A stretch of DNA of 64,000 nt from Phycisphaerae bacterium (lineage in GTDB: Bacteria; Planctomycetota; Phycisphaerae; UBA1845). How positions within the stretch are numbered: the first letter of the stretch is position 1; each line of letters opens with the position of its first letter. Location of the stretch: the NCBI GenBank assembly GCA_030429365.1, contig JAUIEW010000001.1, positions 1,864 through 65,863 on the forward strand, given 5' to 3'. A model generated the notes under the pieces. That model was not told where the DNA came from. It did no database searches and was given only the letters and a program-made list of their open reading frames with translations. Both the position numbers and the translations under genes were made by a program. Positions 10,073 through 18,956 of the stretch are shown in pieces.

Positions 10073-10594
10073 TTATCTTGGCCAATCTGAAGATGGAAGC
10101 GGCTTGCCGGTGATGGCTTGGTAGCAGCGGGCGAAACCGTTTGACGTTGGAAACTGAAGGAGGATCACCATTGCGCCGATTGCGGCTGCGATCAGCAGTA
10201 ATTTTTGTCCGGTGATCATCGACGAGACGATTCCCAAAAGCGCGACGCCTTCGGCCATCGCGGCTCCGATAAGCGTCACCGTGAAGTACGCCTGGATCGA
10301 AGTCGATTTTGCAAAGTCGGAATCGTTGCCATCGACCCGTGAACGCCCTTTCGAGAGAATGGCCATCCGTATGACAAAGTATCCCACGATACCGCTTACT
10401 CCCATCGCGGCGGTGACGATCGTCATCATTTTTTCCAGCGACGCATCCGACTTGATGGGGGCGACCTGCGCCATCGCTGCGAACGCCGCGACCCCCAAAG
10501 CCATCAACCCCACGATGATCCGAAGTGCCCGTATCCTTTCGCCAACTTCCGTGTTGCTGGTTTCGTTGTCCATGAGCGCCCAACTCCGATTCAT
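10073..10594 (-). CDS. Integral membrane protein (about 4 TM), hypothetical
   Basis: Hydrophobic segments IIVGLMALGVAAFAAM, IVTAAMGVSGIVGYFVI, FTVTLIGAAMAEGVALLGIV, LLLIAAAIGAMVILL. Start uncertain (10594 or 10573). Ends 3 nt before the downstream gene start. Confidence 0.55.
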   Translation of the reverse strand: MNRSWALMDNETSNTEVGERIRALRIIVGLMALGVAAFAAMAQVAPIKSDASLEKMMTIVTAAMGVSGIVGYFVIRMAILSKGRSRVDGNDSDFAKSTSIQAYFTVTLIGAAMAEGVALLGIVSSMITGQKLLLIAAAIGAMVILLQFPTSNGFARCYQAITGKPLPSSDWPR

Positions 10595-10920
10595 AAGGTG
10601 CTGCGATTCGGTTATTCGGCGGGTTTGAAACTGCCCGTTGCCGACACGTTCGAGAACAGCCAACATCGCATCAACCGATGCACCCGTAGTGTAGGCCAGC
10701 GCCATTCGCACGCAATCGTCTGGCAGTGTCCCTCGTGCCCGCCGACGCAGGCATTTGCAGGCACCAACGCGGGCATTTGCAGGGCTCCCTGCCATCTTGT
10801 ACCGTAGCGGGTGATGTCCCGTTGCACCGACTTTGCACCGGATTTCATGCCATTTTGACGAATTTACTCGATCATACTTTGGAGACGCCGGGGCAGGTCA
10901 GCCGCGGTGAACAGATCGCA

Positions 10921-12285
10921 ATGAGCAGCACACTTACGCCCCAGCAAATCGTAGAGAGCCTCGATCGCTTCATCGTCGGACAGGATGACGCCAAACGCGC
11001 CGTCGCGGTGGCCATCCGCAACCGATGGCGACGCCAGCAGTTGCCCGAAAAGCTGCGCGAAGAGATTGGCCCCAAGAACATCATCCTCATCGGACCCACC
11101 GGCGTCGGTAAAACCGAAATCGCCAGACGGTTGGCTGGCTTGGTCAATGCACCCTGGGTCAAGGTCGAAGCCACCAAGTACACCGAGGTCGGATATCATG
11201 GCCGCGACGTCGAAAGCATGATTCGCGACTTGGTTGAAAACGCCATCCACATGGTGCAAGTTGAGCAGACCGAAGTCGTTCGCACCGAAGCCGAACGCCT
11301 CACCGAAGAGCAACTGCTTGATGCGCTGATGCCCGGAGCGAGTGACATTCTCGGCGATGTCGAAACGTCAGACGAAGTGGGCGACAGGCGCCATCGCAGT
11401 CGTGAGAAACTGCGGGCGCAACTGCGCGACGGCAAGCTCGACGATCGCAACGTCGATCTGACCGTTGAACAGAAGATGATGCCCATCGGCATGATGGCCA
11501 CCATGGGCGGTGATCAACTTGAGTCGGAAATGCAGGGCATTATGGAACGCATCATGCCCTCAAAATCGACGACGCGTCGCCTTCCGATTCGCGACGCGCG
11601 CAACATTGTTTTCGAGCAGCAGTGCGAAAAGCTTATTGATAAGGACAAACTCGTCGAATTGGCACTGCGCAGGACGGAATCAAACGGGATCGTGTTCATT
11701 GACGAGATCGACAAAGTCGGTAGCGCGGGGTATGGCCCCGATGTGTCGCGCATGGGTGTGCAGCGCGACTTGCTGCCGATCGTTGAGGGCTGCACGGTCA
11801 GCACGCGTCACGGCCAGGTTAAGACGGATCACATTCTGTTCATTGCAGCCGGCGCGTTTCACATGACCAGCCCGAACGATCTGCTCCCCGAAATGCAGGG
11901 TCGCTTTCCGATCCGCGTTGAATTGAAGGATCTCAATCGCGACGATTTTGTTCGCATTTTGACGGAACCGGAATCGGCGTTGATCAAACAGCAGGTGGCG
12001 CTGATGAGCACGGAGGGGGTGACGATTTCGTTTACCGAGGACGCCATCGCCGAGATGGCCGACATCGCCATCCGGATGAACGGTGGAGGGCAGAATATCG
12101 GCGCCCGCCGCCTCCACACGATTTGCGAGCGGTTGATGGAAGAACTGTCGTTCGAGGCCCCCGATCGCTCAGGTGATACAATCGCGATTGACGCCCAGTA
12201 CGTCCGCGAGCGGCTGGAGGCCATCGTCCGCAACGCGGAATTGGGTCGATTTGGATTTCACAGCCTCAAAGACGGGGCGGAGTGA
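10921..12285 (+). CDS. hslU: ATP-dependent protease ATPase subunit HslU
   Basis: MSSTLTPQQIVESLDRFIVGQDDAKRAVAVAIRNRWRRQQL and PKNIILIGPTGVGKTEIARRLA, with full-length collinearity to HslU. The conserved N-terminus sets the start at ATG 10921. Confidence 0.95.
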   Translation: MSSTLTPQQIVESLDRFIVGQDDAKRAVAVAIRNRWRRQQLPEKLREEIGPKNIILIGPTGVGKTEIARRLAGLVNAPWVKVEATKYTEVGYHGRDVESMIRDLVENAIHMVQVEQTEVVRTEAERLTEEQLLDALMPGASDILGDVETSDEVGDRRHRSREKLRAQLRDGKLDDRNVDLTVEQKMMPIGMMATMGGDQLESEMQGIMERIMPSKSTTRRLPIRDARNIVFEQQCEKLIDKDKLVELALRRTESNGIVFIDEIDKVGSAGYGPDVSRMGVQRDLLPIVEGCTVSTRHGQVKTDHILFIAAGAFHMTSPNDLLPEMQGRFPIRVELKDLNRDDFVRILTEPESALIKQQVALMSTEGVTISFTEDAIAEMADIAIRMNGGGQNIGARRLHTICERLMEELSFEAPDRSGDTIAIDAQYVRERLEAIVRNAELGRFGFHSLKDGAE

Positions 12286-12540
12286 CCGGATTGGGGCGAA
12301 CCGACCCGAACGATTCGAATGCATTCGAGATAGCTGTGCTGTTGTAACTTTATGCTGTATAATGATTTGTGTTCCTGCGTCCTTGTTTGGGCGGGTGGTG
12401 TGGTAAATCTGTTCTTGATGGGGTATAACCGCCTTTCCGATTGAATCGTAGGCTTGGTTTTCCAGATTTTGGCAAACCGGCTGATTGGATCCCGTGCTGA
12501 TCTGCGAGATGGGCACTTACTTTGAAGGAAGAACGACAAA

Positions 12541-12724
12541 CGTGATTAAGGTCAAGCCACGCGGTAACGAGTCAGTTCAGCAATTGCTCCGACGTTTCAA
12601 GCGCCTTTGCCAGCGCGAAGGTCTGACGCGCGACATCAAGCGCACCAGCTACTACGAAAAGCCGTCTGAGCGCAAGCGCCGCCAATCACGCAAGTCCGCA
12701 CGTCGCGCACCAGGCACCACCTAA
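12541..12724 (+). CDS. rpsU: 30S ribosomal protein S21
   Basis: VIKVKPRGNESVQQLLRRFKRLCQREGLTRDIKRTSYYEKPSERKRR. GAAGGAAG lies 9 nt upstream of GTG 12541, and a terminator follows. Confidence 0.85.
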
Positions 12725-12760
12725 GCGCAGCGTTCGGCACTTCGATAAGCAGACAGACAC

Positions 12761-12794
12761 ACGGACGATCCATTGAGATCGTTCGTGTTTTTTT
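12761..12794 (+). terminator. Rho-independent terminator after rpsU
   Basis: acggacgatc / gatcgttcgt stem (one G-U), 6-nt loop, then gttttttt. Confidence 0.75.
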
Positions 12795-12873
12795 GCGCGC
12801 ACATTCTTCACGTCAATGCGAAGCGCACATCGACCGTCGCTTATTCTTAGCAGGGTTTCCGTGATGGCAGGAA

Positions 12874-13227
12874 TTACTTCTGGTCGAGTTGGATACTGGC
12901 CAAGCCGATCGACACGTCGTCGAAGAAGGTAAATACCTTATCCAAGCCGGTCACCAGAAACAGGCCCCACACGTGTGTGTTGACGGCGCAGAGGCGCAAC
13001 TGCCTTCCACTTGAGATTTGAATCTTGCGCAAGCGCAGCAGCTTGGCGATGTTCGACGAGTTGAGGTAGTTGACGCCGGTGAAGTTGAGCACAACGTCCA
13101 ATTGATTGTTGGCTTGCACCTGTTCGATAACGGCGCCCAGGTCATCGCTGAATCCGGGGTCATCGTTCAATTCGGCAAGCAGGACTGTTTCAGACCAATT
13201 CTCAACGGACATTGTTGAATTCTCCAC
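12874..13227 (-). CDS. STAS-domain protein (anti-sigma-factor antagonist-like)
   Basis: 117 aa. VVLNFTGVNYLNSSNIAKLLRLRK ... LRLCAVNTHVWGLFLVTGLDKVF fits the SpoIIAA/STAS pattern. Confidence 0.7.
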   Translation of the reverse strand: MENSTMSVENWSETVLLAELNDDPGFSDDLGAVIEQVQANNQLDVVLNFTGVNYLNSSNIAKLLRLRKIQISSGRQLRLCAVNTHVWGLFLVTGLDKVFTFFDDVSIGLASIQLDQK

Positions 13228-13390
13228 AGACGTCGTTCATGGCGGCCCGACATTCAATCGTGTTTCAGTGGGCCCATTGGACAGGCGACACGCGGACTGA
13301 ACACCCGATGACACTATCGCCGGCGCGGGGCGATGTCAACGCAAACGCGCATCGTTACGGGCTGGTTTCAGCGTATTCGCCGCAACCACG

Positions 13391-14347
13391 CTATCGGGAT
13401 CGCACCAACAAGGATTTGTCGATTTTCTCTTTTTGGACGGCTGGGGCGATGTCAGCCAGAAAACGCATGGCATCCGTGTAGTAGCCCGCGGTCGGCGTCA
13501 GATCCTCGATGCGGCTCTCGAAAAAGGCGTTGACAGCACCCATGTAGAGTTCACGCAGATACTTGCTGAAGACGCTGGCAAGCGCGATGGGCAGGTGCGA
13601 CGATTCTCCTTTGGTCGTGAAGTCGATCGACCACGATCGATCGCCTTCGCCGAGGGTGTAAGCGCTGCACGTGGGGGTTTCAGAATTCACGCGCAGCGGT
13701 TGGCCTTCAAAGAACGTCATCAGCGCTTCGCGGTACTTCGCCCGTCCGCCCTGGCGGTCTACATGGACGATCATCGAAGTTCCCATGCGCGATTGAATCC
13801 GCTGGATAAGTCGCAGCCCGGCTTGGAGCAGGAGGGTGGCTTTGTTGCGGGTAATCTTGATGCGCCGGTTGAAATCGCCCTCGGTGACGACTTCGCAAAA
13901 GATGCCACGGATTGACACTTGTTGAGCGGTCATGCATCGCTTGACAGCATTGGCCCGCGTGGCGATGTCGGCACTGGAGGTCGTGGTTGGAATGGCGCAA
14001 TCGTAGTCGGCGTACCAGGGATGCTGCGACAATTGCTCGAGTTTCTCGGGAGCCAGGATGCGCGCGAGATCGCGAAGCGTTTTCGGCGATCGCCCGGCAG
14101 CTTTGAGCATCACGAGGGCGGTGCGTTCCAGCGTTTCAATTCCCTTCTTGCGTTTGAACAGGACCTTGCTGTCTGCGATGGGCAGCCGGGTCTCGTGCCG
14201 CGACGGTTCGTTGCAGATGCCATCAGCGAGCATCGACCACAGATTGCGATCGGCGCACTCGTCGGGGACCTCGAAAGCGGTGGCGGACACCACCAGCGGT
14301 CCCAACAGCGGGCCGTAACCGGCTTCATCTATCCCAACGACAATCAT
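13391..14347 (-). CDS. RNase HII-like protein with large internal expansion
   Basis: From ATG 14347: MIVVGIDEAGYGPLLGPLVV (RNase HII DEAG motif), IADSKVLF (DSK motif), and C-terminal HLPIALASVFSKYLRELYM (AAASI-AK-R-like helix). At 318 aa it is longer than canonical RNase HII. Confidence 0.55.
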   Translation of the reverse strand: MIVVGIDEAGYGPLLGPLVVSATAFEVPDECADRNLWSMLADGICNEPSRHETRLPIADSKVLFKRKKGIETLERTALVMLKAAGRSPKTLRDLARILAPEKLEQLSQHPWYADYDCAIPTTTSSADIATRANAVKRCMTAQQVSIRGIFCEVVTEGDFNRRIKITRNKATLLLQAGLRLIQRIQSRMGTSMIVHVDRQGGRAKYREALMTFFEGQPLRVNSETPTCSAYTLGEGDRSWSIDFTTKGESSHLPIALASVFSKYLRELYMGAVNAFFESRIEDLTPTAGYYTDAMRFLADIAPAVQKEKIDKSLLVRSR

Positions 14348-14813
14348 GGTCTCACCCTTGGAAACCGCAGAATCTGCGTGAATCGGGCCGCCATTGTACG
14401 GCGCGGCGCAGGCGACGCGAACCACGGTTTTGTGCGTGATGCGTGTAACAGCAGTGTGTTTTTTTGAGTGGGGCGTTTGCCGACAGGCAGCAGAATCCGT
14501 GGAAGTTGGCTAACCCACTGCAATGGTTTCACTTACGCTGAATTGTTCAATTATTCACGGCGTGGGGCCGATTGACTTTGGGAAGTGTGAATCTAGACTG
14601 ACCGAAGGAGTGCTCAGGGCACCCTAACCTCTCTGCTTGATCGGTTGTCTAATGCAGTGGGGCGTATCGGCGCGATACGCATTGGGGTCTTGGGGAATCC
14701 AATCGATTTTCAGAACACATGAATCAATCGCAAGAGACCCCGGACAAGGCAGCCGGAGTGGACTTGCAGGAAAGCATTCAAGCAGCATCCCAATCAAAAG
14801 GAGAAGTATCTCG

Positions 14814-15536
14814 ATGAAAACATTTGCGGCAAAACTCGGAGCGATGGTGTTGGTGGCGGCGATTGCCCAGCCGGTGCTGGCTGGCGGTGGCGTCAAAGCG
14901 ACGGCTAAGTTCGATGGCGAGCGGCCGCGCAGGACCGTTCTCAAGATGGACGCCGATCAGTACTGCGCGACGGCCAACAAGAAAGCGGATGGGTCGCCGA
15001 AGAAAGTGGGCAGCGAAGAAGCAATCGTCAGCAAGAGCGGCATGATCAAGAACGTCATCGTCTACGTGAAGGATGGCCTCGGTGACGCGGAATTTGAAGT
15101 ACCCACCGAAAAAGCCGAACTCGATCAGAAGGGTTGCATGTATCACCCACATGTTCAGGCTGTGCAGGCCAAGCAGCCGATCATCGTCAAGAACAGCGAT
15201 GCCACATTGCACAACATCCACAGCTTTGCCCAGAAGCAGAAGGCATTTAACTTCGCTCAGCCCAAGCAGGGCGATGAGAAGGAAGTCAGCTTTGCCCGTC
15301 CCGAAATTGTCAAGGTGAAGTGCGACGTGCACCCGTGGATGAGCGCTTACGTGGGTGTCTTTGATCACCCGTTCCACGCCGTGACCGAAAAGGACGGCAC
15401 TTGCGAGCTGTCTGACCTGCCGGCTGGCGAATACACGCTTGCCGCCTGGCACGAAACGTTTGGCGAAGTTGAGCAGAAGGTCACGGTCGCCGACGGTGCA
15501 GCGGCTGAGGTCGAATTCGTCTTCAAGGAAAAGTAG
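14814..15536 (+). CDS. Secreted cupredoxin-like protein with C-terminal carboxypeptidase-regulatory-like beta domain
   Basis: AAAGGAGA lies upstream of ATG 14814. Signal peptide MKTFAAKLGAMVLVAAIAQPVLAG. Candidate type-1 Cu ligands HNIH ... C-D-V-H-P-W-M (C-x2-H-x2-M). C-terminus DGTCELSDLPAGEYTLAAWHE. Confidence 0.7.
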   Translation: MKTFAAKLGAMVLVAAIAQPVLAGGGVKATAKFDGERPRRTVLKMDADQYCATANKKADGSPKKVGSEEAIVSKSGMIKNVIVYVKDGLGDAEFEVPTEKAELDQKGCMYHPHVQAVQAKQPIIVKNSDATLHNIHSFAQKQKAFNFAQPKQGDEKEVSFARPEIVKVKCDVHPWMSAYVGVFDHPFHAVTEKDGTCELSDLPAGEYTLAAWHETFGEVEQKVTVADGAAAEVEFVFKEK

Positions 15537-15590
15537 GCGGATGCTGACACTGCGGTCCCGCCGCGGTGCATGGACTTATCAAGCCAAACC

Positions 15591-15628
15591 AAGCCCCCGG
15601 CGCGAAAGTGCCGGGGGCTTTCTTGTTT
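15591..15628 (+). terminator. Rho-independent terminator after the cupredoxin gene
   Basis: aagcccccggc / gccgggggctt perfect 11-bp stem, 8-nt loop, then tcttgttt. Confidence 0.75.
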
Positions 15629-16015
15629 CGAATCGCCCCCACAGGCGTAAGAAACCGGGCATTTGGGGTTGGTTGAAGGCAAACTGAATTGGATTGACGA
15701 TTATTTCATCAAACCATAAACTCTCAGCCCTGACGGATTAGGGATTTACAACTGCGAGTGCACGCGGCGTGAATATTCTTCACCCGCCGATTTCAAGGTT
15801 TCGCCCCTCGGTGGCGTGTTAGTAACCACGGGGCATCTTGAATCTGGTCCGGTTGATCGTCTGGGTGGCTGACGGTCAATCTGTTGACCACCCGTTCGGG
15901 GTCAAATTCGGCGGGTTTTCTGATCTTTGAATTCCAGTGCAGGTATCGCTTGGAGCGGTGGCAAGCGTCGTCTTGAACCGCAGATTCCAATGGTGCAACC
16001 AAGGTACAACGACAT

Positions 16016-17005
16016 ATGATTGCGTCTTCATTCTGGCTTCCCCCGGACATCTCGGCCCACGGTTCGCAAATCGATATCATCATCAAGTATTTGCACTGGT
16101 TCATGGCGGTGTTGTTCGTCGCGTGGGGCTCGTATTTCCTGTATTGCCTCGTTCGTTTCCGGGCAGGCGCAAATCCAAAAGCAACTTATCGCGACGCGAA
16201 GGCCAAGCCGTCGAAGATGGCTGAAGTCGTGGTCATCATCATTGAGGCCATCCTGCTCGTCGGATTTTCGATTCCGGTGTGGGCGTATTACCGCTCCGAA
16301 CCGCCGGGAAATGACGCCAATCCGCTAACCGTCCGCGTGGTCGCCCAGCAGTTCGCGTGGAACATTCACTATCCCGGACCAGACGGGAAGTTTGGCAAGT
16401 CGAAGCCCGAATTGGTGGATGAAGCGATCAATCCGATTGGGCTGGTCGACGCATCCGAAGACCCCAACGCCGCAGACGACTATGTCAGCGTGAATATCTT
16501 CCACGCTCCGAAGGACCGCGATATCCTCGTGCGGCTCTCTTCAAAGGACGTGATCCACTCGTTCGCTGTTCCGCTCCTTCGCGTCAAACAGGACGCCGTT
16601 CCCGGAATGGAAATCCCGATCTGGTTTAAAGCCGAAAAAACCAACGCCGAAGCCCAGGAAATGATGAAACGGGCGTTTGCGTTGCCCGCATCACCCGAGG
16701 GTGAAGAGGCGGAAACCTTCGTGAAGGAAAACCGCCTGCGGGTGACGATGGCTGACTACGGCTCGGTGCGTAAGGGATCTACGCTGAACGCGGAACATCT
16801 CAAGACGCTCAGCGCCGCGGGCATCACTTCGGTTGAGTTGGCCCCTGGTTTCCCGGTCAATATTCAGTGTGCCCAGCTTTGTGGTTTGGGTCACTACCGC
16901 ATGAAGGGGCAGATGAAAATCTACGAACCCGACGAGTTCGAAGAATGGTATGCGTCCGCGGGTGAAGAGGAAGTCTTTGACGAAGATGAATTCGATGACG
17001 AATAA
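16016..17005 (+). CDS. ctaC: Cytochrome c oxidase subunit II (CuA subunit) without a fused cytochrome c domain
   Basis: Two N-terminal TM helices, DVIHSFAVPLLRVKQDAVPG, and CuA motif C-A-Q-L-C-G-L-G-H-Y-R-M. Acidic C-terminal tail. Confidence 0.9.
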   Translation: MIASSFWLPPDISAHGSQIDIIIKYLHWFMAVLFVAWGSYFLYCLVRFRAGANPKATYRDAKAKPSKMAEVVVIIIEAILLVGFSIPVWAYYRSEPPGNDANPLTVRVVAQQFAWNIHYPGPDGKFGKSKPELVDEAINPIGLVDASEDPNAADDYVSVNIFHAPKDRDILVRLSSKDVIHSFAVPLLRVKQDAVPGMEIPIWFKAEKTNAEAQEMMKRAFALPASPEGEEAETFVKENRLRVTMADYGSVRKGSTLNAEHLKTLSAAGITSVELAPGFPVNIQCAQLCGLGHYRMKGQMKIYEPDEFEEWYASAGEEEVFDEDEFDDE

Positions 17006-17077
17006 GACATCGGTTGCGCACGCTTAGTCGTCAGCGGTACAACGTCTTCTTTGGTCTAGTAATGGATTGACCCGAAT

Positions 17078-18844
17078 ATGAGTTCTGATCATCACGCCCA
17101 CAACCCGGGTTTCATCAGCAAGTATGTGTTCTCCTTGGACCACAAGGTCATCGGCGTGCAGTACACCGTTACATCGCTGATCTTTTTGTTCTTCGGTTTC
17201 TCGTTGATGATGATCATGCGGTGGCAGCTTGCTTATCCAGGCGAGTCCATCCCGCTGGTTGGCGGTTGGCTTGGTAAGTACTTGGTTGACAACAACGGCG
17301 TGTTGCTTCCCGAAGGGTACAACGCCCTGGGGGCGATGCACGGCACGATCATGGTGTTCCTTGGTGTGGTGCCGTTGGCGGTCGGCGGGTTCGGCAACTA
17401 TGTGATGCCGCTGCAGATCGGCGCGCCCGACATGGCGTTCCCCAAACTCAACATGGCCAGCTACTGGGTCTACTTCCTTGGCGGCGTGACGATGCTGGCT
17501 GGTTTCTTTGTGCCGGGTGGAGCCGCCAACTCCGGTTGGACGTCTTATCCACCGCTGGCTGACATCGCCAACACGGTCGGAACGCACCCGTTCTGGAACG
17601 GCCAAACGGTCTGGTTGCTGGGCATGGTGCTACTGATCACGTCGTCGCTGCTGGGTAGCGTCAACTTCATCGTGACGATCATGCACCTTCGGGTGAAGGG
17701 CCTGACGATGTTCCGCCTGCCATTTTTCGTATGGGCGCAGTTCGTCACCAGCTTCCTGCTTCTGCTCGCGTTCCCGCCGCTTGAAGCAGCTGGCGTGTTG
17801 CAGTTGATGGACCGTGCATTCCACACGAGTTTCTTCATGCCTGAAGGCCTGGTGGTCAGTGGCGTGGTTCAGGATCAGTTTGCCGGTGGTGGAAGCCCGC
17901 TGCTCTGGCAACACCTGTTCTGGTTCCTCGCCCACCCGGAAGTTTACGTGTTGATCCTGCCAGCGATCGGCATTGTGGGTGAGATTATCGCCAACAACAC
18001 CCGTCGTCCGCTGTGGGGTTACAAGACGCTGGTGTACTCGGTCATCTTCCTCGGGTTCATGTCGTTCGTGGTTTGGGCGCACCACATGTTCCTGACCGGT
18101 ATGGGAACGGCGATGAGTACGTTCTTCCAGACCACGACGATGATCATTTCGATTCCGTCGGTCGTGATCCTTACGGCATTGCTGCTGAGTCTATGGCAGG
18201 GTTCGATTCGCTTCACCGTACCGATGCTGTTCGCCCTGTCGTTCCTGCCGATGTTTGCGATCGGTGGTTTGACCGGTTTGCCGCTTGGGCTTTCGGCATC
18301 GGATATTCAGTTGCACGATACGTATTACGTCATCGGTCACTTCCACTACGTGGTGGCGCCGGGGACGATCATGGCCCTTCTTGGCGGAATCTATTTCTGG
18401 TACCCGAAAGTCACCGGCCGCAAGATGAGCACCTTCCTAGGGCACCTGCACTTCTGGCCAAGCTTCGTGTTCATGAACACCGTGTTCTTCCCGATGTTCA
18501 TGGTCGGGTTGGCTGGCATCTCGCGTCGTCTGTGGGATCAGACCGAATACGTACAGGGCATCGATGTTCAGGGCTGGGTGCGGATGTCGTCTTGGGGTGC
18601 GTGGGCCCTCGGACTGGCTCAGATTCCTTTTATCATCAACTTCTTCTACAGCGCGTTCGCTGGCAAGAAGGTCAATGAGAATCCGTGGAAGGCGACGACG
18701 CTCGAATGGGCGGCTCCCTCGCCTCCGCCGCATGGCAACTTCGCCGAAGTGCCGGTGGCGTATCGCGGACCGTACGAGTACAGCGTGCCGGATGCGAAGG
18801 AAGACTTCCACCCGCAGCACGTTCCGGATTCGCAGTTGGTCTAG
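17078..18844 (+). CDS. ctaD: Cytochrome c oxidase subunit I
   Basis: 588 aa. Heme-copper oxidase subunit I motifs (GAPDMAFPKLN, WFLAHPEVYVLILP, VWAHHMF, HDTYYVIGHFHYV). Confidence 0.95.
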   Translation: MSSDHHAHNPGFISKYVFSLDHKVIGVQYTVTSLIFLFFGFSLMMIMRWQLAYPGESIPLVGGWLGKYLVDNNGVLLPEGYNALGAMHGTIMVFLGVVPLAVGGFGNYVMPLQIGAPDMAFPKLNMASYWVYFLGGVTMLAGFFVPGGAANSGWTSYPPLADIANTVGTHPFWNGQTVWLLGMVLLITSSLLGSVNFIVTIMHLRVKGLTMFRLPFFVWAQFVTSFLLLLAFPPLEAAGVLQLMDRAFHTSFFMPEGLVVSGVVQDQFAGGGSPLLWQHLFWFLAHPEVYVLILPAIGIVGEIIANNTRRPLWGYKTLVYSVIFLGFMSFVVWAHHMFLTGMGTAMSTFFQTTTMIISIPSVVILTALLLSLWQGSIRFTVPMLFALSFLPMFAIGGLTGLPLGLSASDIQLHDTYYVIGHFHYVVAPGTIMALLGGIYFWYPKVTGRKMSTFLGHLHFWPSFVFMNTVFFPMFMVGLAGISRRLWDQTEYVQGIDVQGWVRMSSWGAWALGLAQIPFIINFFYSAFAGKKVNENPWKATTLEWAAPSPPPHGNFAEVPVAYRGPYEYSVPDAKEDFHPQHVPDSQLV

Positions 18845-18881
18845 ATATACAGTCGGTCTAGATACACAGTCGGTCTGGGGG
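18836..18881. repeat. 17-bp tandem direct repeat (about 2.7 copies) spanning the ctaD stop codon
   Basis: ttggtctagatataca / gtcggtctagatacaca / gtcggtctggggg. Each full unit contains the palindrome tctaga. Confidence 0.8.
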
Positions 18882-18956
18882 TTAAGGCGGCTGACGGGTT
18901 GTTGAGTGGCCGTATTTGAGATGTATTTCGATAGAGTCTTTTGGAGACGTTGATCC

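Noticed and set aside
12357-12362. TATAAT hexamer upstream of rpsU as a sigma-70 promoter
   Set aside because: No acceptable -35 lies at 16-18 nt (TTGTAA is only 10 nt away), and Planctomycete promoter rules are uncertain. This is too weak to call.
15793-16104. 103-aa minus-strand ORF overlapping the ctaC start
   Set aside because: It has no motif or RBS and overlaps the well-supported ctaC N-terminus.
18836-18881. Possible CRISPR-like repeat
   Set aside because: There are only about 2.7 directly abutting 17-bp units with no spacers. It is a simple tandem repeat, not a CRISPR array.
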